This document shows, in pieces, positions 36,211 to 45,218 of a stretch of 64,000 bases of DNA; the first letter of the stretch is position 1; each line of letters starts with the position of its first letter. The stretch spans positions 192,001-256,000 of the forward strand of contig CAWJQI010000005.1 of the NCBI GenBank assembly GCA_963845085.1, in the 5' to 3' direction. The stretch is from Candidatus Fermentibacterota bacterium. GTDB lineage: Bacteria > Fermentibacterota > Fermentibacteria > Fermentibacterales > JCC-6. Made by a program: the position numbers and the translations under genes. The notes under the pieces were generated by a model. That model was not told the DNA's origin and did not search any database. It saw only the letters and a program-made list of their open reading frames with translations.

Positions 36211-37242
36211 TTACCGAACTGTGGGTGCAGCCCCTCCGGGTGAAAGGGCGGGGAGCATTCTCATCAATGTCGCGTTGAGATGAAAATGGCATGTACCCTG
36301 AACCCCGGTACTCAGAGCGACCTCGACCTGTGATGCCGCCTCATCGGCTGACACATCCAGCGCGCCGATGCTCGATCCAAGTCCGCAGACCGTGAAAAAG
36401 CCCGGAGGCAGCAGCTGCATCTGTTCGGACAGCGCTGCTTCCAGTTCAGCGGTCGTGGCGAAGTAGTTCATAGGGTAAAGCCTGTCCAGCAGTCCGGTTC
36501 CGCACCATTGCACCCAGTCCTGACCGCAGGCCAGAGCATCGGAACGGTCCGGCAGAACGGCTGCCGACACGACAGGGAGACGTGACCGTACGAGACTGGA
36601 GAAGACAGTCACGGCATGTGTAATGCGTTCAGCCCTCCAAACGAGGTATTGGTCACGGAGGGGGCCGGCGGGTGAGACGTCTTCCGGCCAGGTTGCCACG
36701 GCAAGTCCGGTCTGTTCGGTGAATCGCTCCCGGCAGCCCTCACAGTAACAGGTGTTGCTGTTGGGGAACCTCACATAGTCGAGCTGCACACCATCAAGAG
36801 GAAAACGGTCCATCATTTCTCCGATGAGTGAGGCCTCGAGATCAAGGTTCCGTGGATCAGTGGGACACAGCCATGGCAATGTATCGCCATCGATGCTCAC
36901 CTGAAGCCTTCCTTCCCCGGCAAGGCGTTCGAGCAGCGCGCTGTCTGCGTTTGAGGCCTTCCAGAGCACGACCCATGCATGAACCTCCAGTCCGCGCTCC
37001 GTGCATTCCGTGAGAAGGTTGTCGACCCAGGCGGTGTCCGCGGGAAAAACGGGTGAGTCGGGCACCAGCTCCGAACGGTATGCAGGGGTGATGCCGTAGA
37101 GAAGACATGGAAGGACGTGGTCGACTCCCGCCTCCAGAAGGCTTGATGCGGTTGTTTCCCAGTCACCCGGGTATCCCTTCGCAACCCAGACTCCGAGAAC
37201 CGGATCACCCATGGCGCAAAGGGCAAGTGCAAGTTGGATCAA
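36211..37242 (-). CDS. Glycoside hydrolase-like family 10 (DUF187/YddW-like) protein
   Basis: GLEVHAWV, WLCPTDP, DGVQLDYVRFP, QDWVQW, PMNY. Confidence 0.8.
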   Translation of the reverse strand: MIQLALALCAMGDPVLGVWVAKGYPGDWETTASSLLEAGVDHVLPCLLYGITPAYRSELVPDSPVFPADTAWVDNLLTECTERGLEVHAWVVLWKASNADSALLERLAGEGRLQVSIDGDTLPWLCPTDPRNLDLEASLIGEMMDRFPLDGVQLDYVRFPNSNTCYCEGCRERFTEQTGLAVATWPEDVSPAGPLRDQYLVWRAERITHAVTVFSSLVRSRLPVVSAAVLPDRSDALACGQDWVQWCGTGLLDRLYPMNYFATTAELEAALSEQMQLLPPGFFTVCGLGSSIGALDVSADEAASQVEVALSTGVQGTCHFHLNATLMRMLPALSPGGAAPTVR

Positions 37243-37285
37243 ATCATCCTTTTCGGTCGGGGAAGCCGCAATGTAAAGCCCGACC

Positions 37286-37828
37286 TCAATCCGAGGCCTT
37301 GGCTGCTTCCTTCAACAACCTGCGATACAAGCTTTTCGCCTGTTTGAAGAACATGTTGAACCTGCCGTCAATGAAGTCGGGAAAGCTGTGATCGGGGCCG
37401 CAGAAATCTCCGAAACGGTACCTGAGGCACGTGTGGGCCCACACACCAGCACCCATGTAGATCTTGTCGGGCGCCTGTTTGAAGCTTGCAAGCACGAGTT
37501 TGCCGTGGTCAAGGTAACCCGGATCGAGGTTCACCGTTCTCCCCGCCCCGCGGGATCGGGAATTCTCCAGAACGTAACAGAAATTCTTCCAGTCAGGCAG
37601 TTCAGAGGCATCCCGGAGAATTTCAAAGCAAAGCCACACCCTTGCGAGCCCCCCACCCATCTCCGGCCCGTAGTAATCGCTCATGTCAAAGGCAAACGGT
37701 TCGCTGCGCAGCGCAATGTCCCCGAATCGGCGGCAAAGATCGGGTTCTACATCCCTGAGGGATTCCGGCGAACCTGTGAGGACACTTACCACCGGAAGCA
37801 CGGGAAGGACCTTCTCAGGACCCGACAT
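37286..37828 (-). CDS. DUF4416 family protein
   Basis: FDMSDYYGPEMG, RTVNLDPGYL, VLASFK, KIYMGAGVWA, FPDF. Confidence 0.8.
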   Translation of the reverse strand: MSGPEKVLPVLPVVSVLTGSPESLRDVEPDLCRRFGDIALRSEPFAFDMSDYYGPEMGGGLARVWLCFEILRDASELPDWKNFCYVLENSRSRGAGRTVNLDPGYLDHGKLVLASFKQAPDKIYMGAGVWAHTCLRYRFGDFCGPDHSFPDFIDGRFNMFFKQAKSLYRRLLKEAAKASD

Positions 37829-38609
37829 GATCCCTCCTCTCCCCCCTCAGCCTGGCGAGTTCCCGCCACGCCTCCACGGCTATGGCTGGATTCAGACCGA
37901 ATGCCTCCTCCACGCCTGTCCCGTAGTCCGATGAGAGCTTCCTGTTCATCTTCGCATTCCGTCCCGCGATCCTGAGGTTGCCGTTATGTGCGCTGAGCCG
38001 GCAATCCGGCAGAGAGATGTTTATGTGCAGGCTGTTCAGCCCCGGGGCGTTGAAGGAATTCCTCCAATACCCAAGAAACTCCTCTCTGGAAAGAATCCTT
38101 CCCTCAAGGTGATATCTCCACAGTCTGCCGCCGTCGTCCTCCTCACTGTGAAGGTCCCATCCATCACCGCTGCGTGTCCAGTAAAGTTTCCTCCCGTGAA
38201 GCTCAAGGGTGCCGCCCTCCGCTTTCAGTTGAACAGGCAGGGGAACGACAAAGCCCGGATCAAGCAGGAACACGCCGTCGCCACTTTCGGCAAGGAGCGC
38301 GCAGTGGATGTTCCTTCCATGCCTCATGTGTCCCGTCAGAGGGCGTACCTTCCAGCCGCAGTCGGCGAGTACGGAAGCCAGCGCTTCGGTGAGCGAGTAA
38401 CAGGTGCCGCCCGTGCCGTCTTCGGCAAAACCCCTGAATACCTCTCCCGGCAGTCTCAGTCTCTCCTCGCCGCGAACCTTCAGAAGGAACTTGGTGAGGT
38501 TCTCCCAGGGGATACGGCTGAATGCGGCAGCGATGTCATGGAGTTTCGCTGCCCCGGATGCGGGGCTAAGCCCGAAATGATCGAAGAATACATCGGCAGG
38601 TCGTTCCAT
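37815..38609 (-). CDS. Arylamine N-acetyltransferase family protein
   Basis: IPWENL, GGTCYSL (Cys), HCAL (His), LLDPGF (Asp) triad. Confidence 0.8.
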   Translation of the reverse strand: MERPADVFFDHFGLSPASGAAKLHDIAAAFSRIPWENLTKFLLKVRGEERLRLPGEVFRGFAEDGTGGTCYSLTEALASVLADCGWKVRPLTGHMRHGRNIHCALLAESGDGVFLLDPGFVVPLPVQLKAEGGTLELHGRKLYWTRSGDGWDLHSEEDDGGRLWRYHLEGRILSREEFLGYWRNSFNAPGLNSLHINISLPDCRLSAHNGNLRIAGRNAKMNRKLSSDYGTGVEEAFGLNPAIAVEAWRELARLRGERRDHVGS

Positions 38610-38751
38610 GATCCAATAATACCTTCACCAGGAGTCTCCGGCATCGTTACCGTAAATGAAGGAACGCGGGCAAGTATCTCATATTTTATTGCATTGCTTC
38701 AATTTACATCAACAATCTATTCTTTCTTAGTCCGTCCCCTATATTGCGGGG

Positions 38752-39699
38752 ATGGAGGAGCGGTACAGAAGCCTGAACGGCTTTCTGAGGGAGACATTCG
38801 GTACGAAGGTGTTCAAGGTCGGCCTGGTTGGCGGGTTCACCTGCCCCAACCGCGACGGAACACTCGGCACCGGCGGGTGCAGCTACTGCAACCCGGAGAG
38901 TTCCCTGCCGCTCGGCCGGATTCCCGGCAGGAGCATTCATGAACAGCTCGAGACGGGAACCGCCTATATCCGGAAGCGGCATGGATCGGGAGCCTTTCTG
39001 GCCTATTTTCAGGACTGCACCACAACCTACGGCGAGACGGGGCGCCTCGAGTCCATGTACCGGGAGGCGCTTGCCTTCCCGGGCGTTGTCGGTCTCTGCC
39101 TCTGCACAAGGCCGGACAGCCTTCCCGAACCGATGCTTGACCTGCTTGAGAGCCTCGCCGAAAAGCACTTCCTGTGGGTCGAGATAGGCGTTCAGAGCGG
39201 AAGCAACGCTACTCTCGAAAGAATGAACAGGGGCCACGACGCCGGGAGGTCACTGCAGGCGTTCCGGGCTCTTCATGGCCGCGGCATCCGCTCGGGAGCG
39301 CATGTGATACTCGGGTACCCCGGGGAAACACACGATGAGGCAATGGCCACGGCCGGGCTGGTCAACGAATCGGGAACATCGGGTGTAAAGGTTCAGAACC
39401 TGCACGTTGTGCGGAACACACCGCTCGAAAGGCAGTACCGGGAGGAAGGCTTCACCCTTCCGTCGCGGGAGGATTACGCTTCGCTTGCCGTGGATTTCCT
39501 TGAAAGGCTCAACCCTGAAACCGTCATCCTGCGCCTGACAGGCGAGGCCCCGGCCCACCTGACCGTGGCGCCCTACTGGAGCATCAATAAAATGGCGGTC
39601 CTGCAGGCTGTCAGAACGGAACTGGAGCACAGAAACACATTTCAGGGAAGGCTCTGCTCCGGTGCTGAGCAGGTCCGGCTTCAGTCGACCCTGCGGTAG
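38752..39699 (+). CDS. TIGR01212 family (YhcC-like) radical SAM protein
   Basis: GFTCPNRDGTLGTGGCSYC, AYFQ, TRPD, EIGVQS, MNRGH, HVILGYPGE. Confidence 0.9.
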   Translation: MEERYRSLNGFLRETFGTKVFKVGLVGGFTCPNRDGTLGTGGCSYCNPESSLPLGRIPGRSIHEQLETGTAYIRKRHGSGAFLAYFQDCTTTYGETGRLESMYREALAFPGVVGLCLCTRPDSLPEPMLDLLESLAEKHFLWVEIGVQSGSNATLERMNRGHDAGRSLQAFRALHGRGIRSGAHVILGYPGETHDEAMATAGLVNESGTSGVKVQNLHVVRNTPLERQYREEGFTLPSREDYASLAVDFLERLNPETVILRLTGEAPAHLTVAPYWSINKMAVLQAVRTELEHRNTFQGRLCSGAEQVRLQSTLR

Positions 39700-40181
39700 A
39701 GGCTTCCCTTCGTCCCGCACACAGGGCAGACTTCCGGGGCTTCCTTGCCCGCGGTATGGCCGCAGACGGGGCACACGAAGTATGAGTACAGGTCCGCCCC
39801 GGGTTCGTCCATGGTTTCAAGAAGACCCTTGTAGAGGTTGGCATGGATCTTCTCCACCGCGTTGGCGAACTCGAAGGAGCGAAGCGCCTGTTTGTCACCC
39901 TCGGCACGGGCGGTTTCGATCATCTCAGGGTACATGTGCTTGAACTCGTGGGTCTCTCCGGCAATGGCCTCTTCCAGGTTCTCACGTGTTCCATGAACGC
40001 CCCCCATGGCCCTGAGATGGGCGTGGGCGTGAACGGTTTCCGCTTCGGCGGCGGCCCGGAAAAGCCTTGCCACCTGGGGAAATCCTTCCTTGTCAGCCTT
40101 CTCGGCAAAGGCAAGGTATTTTCTGTTCGCCTGGGATTCCCCGGCAAAGGCTTCCAACAGGCGATCCAAGGTTTCGCTCAT
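39681..40181 (-). CDS. rbr: Rubrerythrin
   Basis: AFAGESQANRKYLAFA, AETVHA, GETHE, EKIH, C-terminal CPVCG...CPVCG. Confidence 0.92.
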   Translation of the reverse strand: MSETLDRLLEAFAGESQANRKYLAFAEKADKEGFPQVARLFRAAAEAETVHAHAHLRAMGGVHGTRENLEEAIAGETHEFKHMYPEMIETARAEGDKQALRSFEFANAVEKIHANLYKGLLETMDEPGADLYSYFVCPVCGHTAGKEAPEVCPVCGTKGSLYRRVD

Positions 40182-40290
40182 TGCGTCCTCCAGTGCTTGG
40201 CGTAGCGAAAAGCATGAAAAAAATCCGCAGGGAACACTGCAATATGCATCATTTCCATTTTCAAAAAACCCCCGGCGGGAATCCCCCCAC

Positions 40291-40749
40291 TCATGGGGGC
40301 GTTCCTGCCGGGTCGGGGTAGAACACCACCATCCACAGACGACCGGAGTTCCGGTCCAGCGCGCAGAGCCACGCGTTCGTCTCCCCCCTGCCGCTCCGGT
40401 ACAGAAGGCTTGCATTTCCCGGTATCTCGTTGTTTTCCGGTCTTAGAAACTCGATCCACGGTTCAACGGCCACGGTAGTATCACTGAACCCGTTCACCTC
40501 CGTGAACTCGTCCACCGATCGGTCGGGCAGCCGAATGTGTGCCGAGGTGTAGAACTCGCCGCCGTCGAATACATCTATTTCTGAACAACCCTGGGGCAGG
40601 TCGATGCCCGAGGCTTCGGTGATGAACGAAAGGGCAGCGGAACGCGAGATGTCGCGGCAGAGCAGTACGATCGCCATGAATACCGCACCTGCAAGCGCGG
40701 CTGCAAGCACCGGCACCCTGAGGTTCATTCGCACGTTCCCACGCTTCAT
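40291..40749 (-). CDS. Hypothetical protein with N-terminal TM/signal
   Basis: Hydrophobic N-terminus. Followed by a hairpin and T-run near 40261-40312. Start is uncertain (40749 or 40728). Confidence 0.6.
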   Translation of the reverse strand: MKRGNVRMNLRVPVLAAALAGAVFMAIVLLCRDISRSAALSFITEASGIDLPQGCSEIDVFDGGEFYTSAHIRLPDRSVDEFTEVNGFSDTTVAVEPWIEFLRPENNEIPGNASLLYRSGRGETNAWLCALDRNSGRLWMVVFYPDPAGTPP

Positions 40750-40792
40750 GGAAGCAACCTTCCAGTATCCGCCCTGTTCGAAAACGGAACTC

Positions 40793-41572
40793 CTAACAAA
40801 GCTGTACCCCCAGACTGCAAAGAAGGTCCGAAAGGGCTGGATAGTGGCTTCCCTTCCAGTAGACGGCCCCGCAGCCGGAGCATTGTCGAAACTCATGATA
40901 ATACAATCTCGTCAATGGTTGAAGCCTTTCAAGAACGCTCTCCCTGGAAACCTGTTCAAGCAGTCCGGAACATGACGCACAGCGGCCGAAGGGCCTTACA
41001 CGGCTTCTTATGTCAAATCTGTCAAGAACTTCGCGGGCCTGTTCCACAGGATTTCTGCTGCGGATGCAACAGCCGTGGACCACGATCCCCCTCTTCAGAA
41101 GCATTCTGTCACAGGTGAGAAGGATCCTGCCCTCCGATGCGGAAATACCGGCGAGCACACCGTCGTCGACATCCCCGGGAAAGAGTGCGTCGAAACCAAG
41201 CAGCCTGAGGATAACCGCGAGTTTTCCGAGGTGAACGTCGAGAACAAAACTTGTCCTGTCCGGCGGCTCGGGGCGCAGGCGGAATTCCCGTGGCAACTCG
41301 AGCGCCGCGAAAGCCGGATATATGCTTATCCTGTCGCCGGGGGCGACGTGCGTTTCGAAACCGGCGGAACTTCCGTTACGGATGATCAGATCTATCTCGG
41401 TGTGTGGTATGCCGGCGGATTCCACGAGATGCTTCAGGTTGTTTCCCCCGGTCATCGGGTACGGGAATTCCCTGTGTCGAAGAGCAGCGGGAAGAAAATC
41501 GTTCAGCCCGGCGTAAGCCCGGATCAGAACGGACCCCGGGGTTTCACCGGTCCCTGAAGGCTTTCCGGTCAT
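40793..41572 (-). CDS. Mut7-C RNase domain protein with N-terminal ubiquitin-like domain
   Basis: LNDFLP, GIPHTEID, DVHLGKLA..LRLLGFD, RILLT.D, RCASC, CSGCGAVYWKGSH. Confidence 0.88.
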   Translation of the reverse strand: MTGKPSGTGETPGSVLIRAYAGLNDFLPAALRHREFPYPMTGGNNLKHLVESAGIPHTEIDLIIRNGSSAGFETHVAPGDRISIYPAFAALELPREFRLRPEPPDRTSFVLDVHLGKLAVILRLLGFDALFPGDVDDGVLAGISASEGRILLTCDRMLLKRGIVVHGCCIRSRNPVEQAREVLDRFDIRSRVRPFGRCASCSGLLEQVSRESVLERLQPLTRLYYHEFRQCSGCGAVYWKGSHYPALSDLLCSLGVQLC

Positions 41573-42180
41573 GGAGCCAGTTCACCGCCCAACCCTTCCA
41601 CCGTCTCACGGGCAATCGTATGAAAGAGGCCGTCGAAGTATTCGCTCTGCGCCTCCCAGACGCAAAGCCATTCCGCTGCCGCTTCAGGGTTCACAAGCGC
41701 CTGGGCGCTGGATTCGAACCGTTCCATCCAGACCGGAAGCCCGGCAGTGCCGATACGTCCCTGCTCCCCGTCAACATAGAAGCCGTCCGACGCGATGGAA
41801 AAGAACAGGAAGGCTTCCGAACCCGGCTCGCTCCTTGTACGGAAATGTGCGACGTTCACGCCGGCATTGTCGGATTCCCCCATCAAAAGTACGGTGATGG
41901 CAGGGGCTGCCCTGTCTCTGTAAAGCAGCCGGGTTTCATCGCTCCCGATCACGAATGCATCGGTCCGCAGGTCCTCGAACTGGCTCTCAAACGCCGGGGA
42001 GAGCGCGATCTCCAGGGCTTCACCGAACAGTTCCTCAAGGCTTTCGGACTCCAGTTCCGCAGTGCCGGACAGGCGGCTGTTCAGTACGTCCACCCTCTCC
42101 CACAGCACCGCATCCTCGACGAAAACACCGGTGTAATAACATGTGAAGGCGGCAAGAAGTACTGAGGCAACGGCGCTCAT
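41569..42180 (-). CDS. Hypothetical exported protein
   Basis: Signal-like N-terminus and ATGA overlap with the downstream gene. Confidence 0.6.
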   Translation of the reverse strand: MSAVASVLLAAFTCYYTGVFVEDAVLWERVDVLNSRLSGTAELESESLEELFGEALEIALSPAFESQFEDLRTDAFVIGSDETRLLYRDRAAPAITVLLMGESDNAGVNVAHFRTRSEPGSEAFLFFSIASDGFYVDGEQGRIGTAGLPVWMERFESSAQALVNPEAAAEWLCVWEAQSEYFDGLFHTIARETVEGLGGELAP

Positions 42181-42192
42181 TTGTGTGACCTC

Positions 42193-42699
42193 CTAGATCA
42201 GACGGCTGTCGTAAGCCCAGTTCATGAGAGCCTGCCTCTGTCTCGGCCTGCAGCTCTGATCGCCGGTCCGGCAGTTCTTCCTGAGTTGCGCAATGTGTCT
42301 TGTCATGGCTTTCCACCGCCGTATCTGGCGCTCGTCGTCGGCTCCCCTCCGCCCCATGAAATACCTGCAGTACCACTGAAACCAGCCTCTCGGATCGTCG
42401 GGATTTATCCATCCCTTGGCCTCCCAGACGAAAAGTGGCTGGGATGCGTTGACGCCGAAGAAGTTCAGGGCGGGGTCGTGCCGCGTGTGGCAAAGCTTCG
42501 CCCCCTCGAACCAGTCCGGAGGAAACTCGCCCCTGCAGTCCGTCATGTACCTGCCCCCGAAAACACCGAGATGAAGCATCTGCTTCGGGGTGAGTTCAGG
42601 CAAGAAATCCCGGTGAAACTCCGTTCCCGCCGGAACCGTGAGGAAATAGGTGTAGCCCTGCTGCATCAGGTCGTTAACGACAACCTTCACGGGGATCAT
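42193..42699 (-). CDS. Conserved uncharacterised protein
   Basis: LTPKQML.LGVFGG.Y, NFFGV.AS, W..KGWI...DPRGWFQWYCRY..GRR..DDERQI.RW motif-rich sequence. GGAGG RBS. Confidence 0.75.
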   Translation of the reverse strand: MIPVKVVVNDLMQQGYTYFLTVPAGTEFHRDFLPELTPKQMLHLGVFGGRYMTDCRGEFPPDWFEGAKLCHTRHDPALNFFGVNASQPLFVWEAKGWINPDDPRGWFQWYCRYFMGRRGADDERQIRRWKAMTRHIAQLRKNCRTGDQSCRPRQRQALMNWAYDSRLI

Positions 42700-42771
42700 G
42701 ACACCACCTCCGGATCAGCCATTGCGACTCATCGAAGTTATTATACGGCGGTCACTGAAAAAGGGGGGGCG

Positions 42772-43827
42772 ATGGCACGGGTTGTGTTCGTACGGCAGGA
42801 GAATACCCTTCTCGCGGGAATTCGATTCGTTCTTCACCGGCGGGCGGAACTCACTCCCGCTCTCGGGCGTCTCAATGCTTGTGTGCCGGGTGCGATCATA
42901 ACGGGCCCGCCGGTGCTCGTGCTTCACTACATCAGCAGCGAGAGCAGCGGAACACTTGTTGAACTCGGCCTTCCCGTCAGCGAACCGTTCAGGGCCGACG
43001 ACATCCATACCTTCACTCTTCCCCGGGCGGAGTGCCTGGCCGTGACCCATTCGGGTCCCCTTTCCGGGCTGGGAGATGCCTACGGGGAACTCTACGGCTG
43101 GGCGGACGAGCGGGGCATAGTCTCCGATGAGTACGGGGTCGAGGTTCTGCACGACATGAACGATTTCGACAACTGCACCGTGGAGGCCCGACTCGTAATC
43201 CACAAGTGGGAGAAGCTTTTGCGGAAGAGCCTTTCTCGGGTTCTGGGCGACCCCGCGGCGGAACATGTGTTCGGAGGCTGCAGCGAGCTCGCGGAGGGAA
43301 CGGAACTTGGCACGCGGTTCGAGCTGGTGAAGGGCGCGATGGAACGGCTGGACAGGGTTGGGGATGAATTTGAAAAGTATGACTGCGTTTCAAGCTGCGC
43401 ACACGTGTTTCCGCAGGAACAGGTTGACAAGCTCAGGGCGGTGTTCCTGAAAGCCGGGGATGAAGGTCTGCCGCTGCTCGAGGCCGTGGACAGGGTGATT
43501 GCCTTCATGAAATCCGATCCCGGGTGGGGCGAGGCTGCCTCCCGCGACGGCTCAACCATCTTCACCGCCAAGGGCCCGCGTGACAGGAAGGCATACGAGG
43601 CTGCAGGCACCCCACGTGAAAAGGCCGCTGCAGCATGCTTCTGCCCGATAATCCGGAAGAAGCTCGACGAAGGAATGCCGGCTTGCTTCTGCTACTGCGG
43701 AGCAGGCTGGTACCGGCAGCAATGGGAGGGAGCCACGGGGCTTCCAGTCAGGGTCGAGGTACTCGCTTCGCTGTTGAAGGGAGATCCGGAGTGCCGTTTC
43801 GCGGTTCACCTCCCTGAGGCACCGTGA
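42772..43827 (+). CDS. GyrI-like effector-binding domain fused to a Cys-rich (DUF6144/V4R-like) domain
   Basis: HSGPLSGLGDAYGELYGW GyrI-like segment. C-terminal CVSSCAH, CFCP, CFCYCGAGW, CRF. Confidence 0.7.
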   Translation: MARVVFVRQENTLLAGIRFVLHRRAELTPALGRLNACVPGAIITGPPVLVLHYISSESSGTLVELGLPVSEPFRADDIHTFTLPRAECLAVTHSGPLSGLGDAYGELYGWADERGIVSDEYGVEVLHDMNDFDNCTVEARLVIHKWEKLLRKSLSRVLGDPAAEHVFGGCSELAEGTELGTRFELVKGAMERLDRVGDEFEKYDCVSSCAHVFPQEQVDKLRAVFLKAGDEGLPLLEAVDRVIAFMKSDPGWGEAASRDGSTIFTAKGPRDRKAYEAAGTPREKAAAACFCPIIRKKLDEGMPACFCYCGAGWYRQQWEGATGLPVRVEVLASLLKGDPECRFAVHLPEAP

Positions 43828-44033
43828 ATTGTTCCCGGCTTCCCTGCCGCGAAAGGCATCGCACTCCGAAATCCCGCTCTCCGCAGCCGTCGGTTCGAAC
43901 CAACCATCGGAAGACGGGGCTGCAGTAAAGCGGGCGCTTTGCTTGCTCTCGAAGTTCCTGTTATTTTAGGTTGTACAACCCGGAACAGCGATTTCACAGC
44001 CCGGGGCAAAATGGAAGGGGAAAAGGGGCCATC

Positions 44034-45152
44034 ATGAGAAGAAATCTGGTCTTGATAACAGCCTTGCTTGTGTTCCTTGCATTCGGGGGATGCGGCAAAC
44101 CGGCGGTTGAGATCACCGCTCCCGAATCAGCCAATGCCGGTTCGGAAATCTCCATCTCCTGGACCGGAACCGTGGCGGAAGGCGACAAGATAGTCGTCCG
44201 CGCCATCGGTGCAACCGAGGGTACCGAGGTCGAGGCGGTCGCCAATTCCGCAAGCGTAACCCTCCCGCTTGAAGACGGCGCCTTCGAGATCGTCTACATG
44301 AACGCAGAGGGTGAAGCCGTCGCCACGAAGGCTCTCACCATCAATGCGAACACCTACACCTTCGAATTCCCCGAGGAAGTCATTGCGGGTTCCTGGTTCG
44401 AAGTCGCATGGACCGGCCCCGACAACGCCAGCGATTACATCACCATTGTTCCCGAGGGCGCCGCCGAAGGCGAGTGGCTTAGCTATTCCTACACCGCAGA
44501 CGGCAGCCCCGTTCAGATTCAGGCTCCTCTTGAGCCGGGTGTGTACGAGGTCCGTTATTCGACCGAGCAGGTCTACCCCAACCCCACCCTTTTCAGCAAG
44601 ACAATCACAGTCATTTCAACCGATTACGCAGTGATGGCCCCCGCCGAGATCACTGCCGGATCTGACTTCCAGGTCGCCTGGCTCGGAGCCGACAACCCCG
44701 GCGATTACATCACGATCGTCCCGGTGGGCACCCCCGAGGGCGAATGGCTCGACTACGACTACACGGTTAACGGCAACCCCTGCACCATCACCGCTCCGGC
44801 CGAACCGGGCGAGTACGAGGTCAGGTATTCATCCGAGCAGGTCACACCGAATCCCACGCTTGCCACCACCCATGTGACCGTTATCCCGGCTGAGATAACG
44901 CTCACCGCTCCCGAATCGGTGCCTGCAGGCTCGGCATTCGAGGTCACATGGACCGGACCCAACGGCGCTGAAGACTACCTCACGATAGTGCCGGCCGGCT
45001 CTCCCGAAGGAACCTATACAAGCTACGCCTACACCTCCTCGGGCAGCCCCCTCTCGCTCGACGCCCCCGCGACACCGGGCGAATACGAGATCTGGTACGC
45101 CTCCGACAGGGTTGCGGGTACATTTGCCAGCATCCCCATTACGGTGGAGTAG
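44034..45152 (+). CDS. Lipoprotein with tandem Ig-like repeats
   Basis: Lipobox FGGC. Three to four ~95-aa repeats AG(S)xFxVxWxG...DY(I/L)TIVPxG..EG...AP..PGxYE. Confidence 0.8.
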   Translation: MRRNLVLITALLVFLAFGGCGKPAVEITAPESANAGSEISISWTGTVAEGDKIVVRAIGATEGTEVEAVANSASVTLPLEDGAFEIVYMNAEGEAVATKALTINANTYTFEFPEEVIAGSWFEVAWTGPDNASDYITIVPEGAAEGEWLSYSYTADGSPVQIQAPLEPGVYEVRYSTEQVYPNPTLFSKTITVISTDYAVMAPAEITAGSDFQVAWLGADNPGDYITIVPVGTPEGEWLDYDYTVNGNPCTITAPAEPGEYEVRYSSEQVTPNPTLATTHVTVIPAEITLTAPESVPAGSAFEVTWTGPNGAEDYLTIVPAGSPEGTYTSYAYTSSGSPLSLDAPATPGEYEIWYASDRVAGTFASIPITVE

Positions 45153-45164
45153 AGCTTTCGCATC

Positions 45165-45200
45165 AAACCCCCGGCGGGCAACCGCCGGGGGTTTTTGTTT
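45165..45200 (+). terminator. Rho-independent terminator (likely bidirectional)
   Basis: AAA-CCCCCGGCGG-GCAA-CCGCCGGGGG-TTTTT. Confidence 0.85.
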
Positions 45201-45218
45201 GGAACGAAACTGTGGCGG

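Noticed and set aside
42181..42771. N-terminal extension of the GyrI-like ORF
   Set aside because: It is antisense to the conserved 42193..42699 gene.
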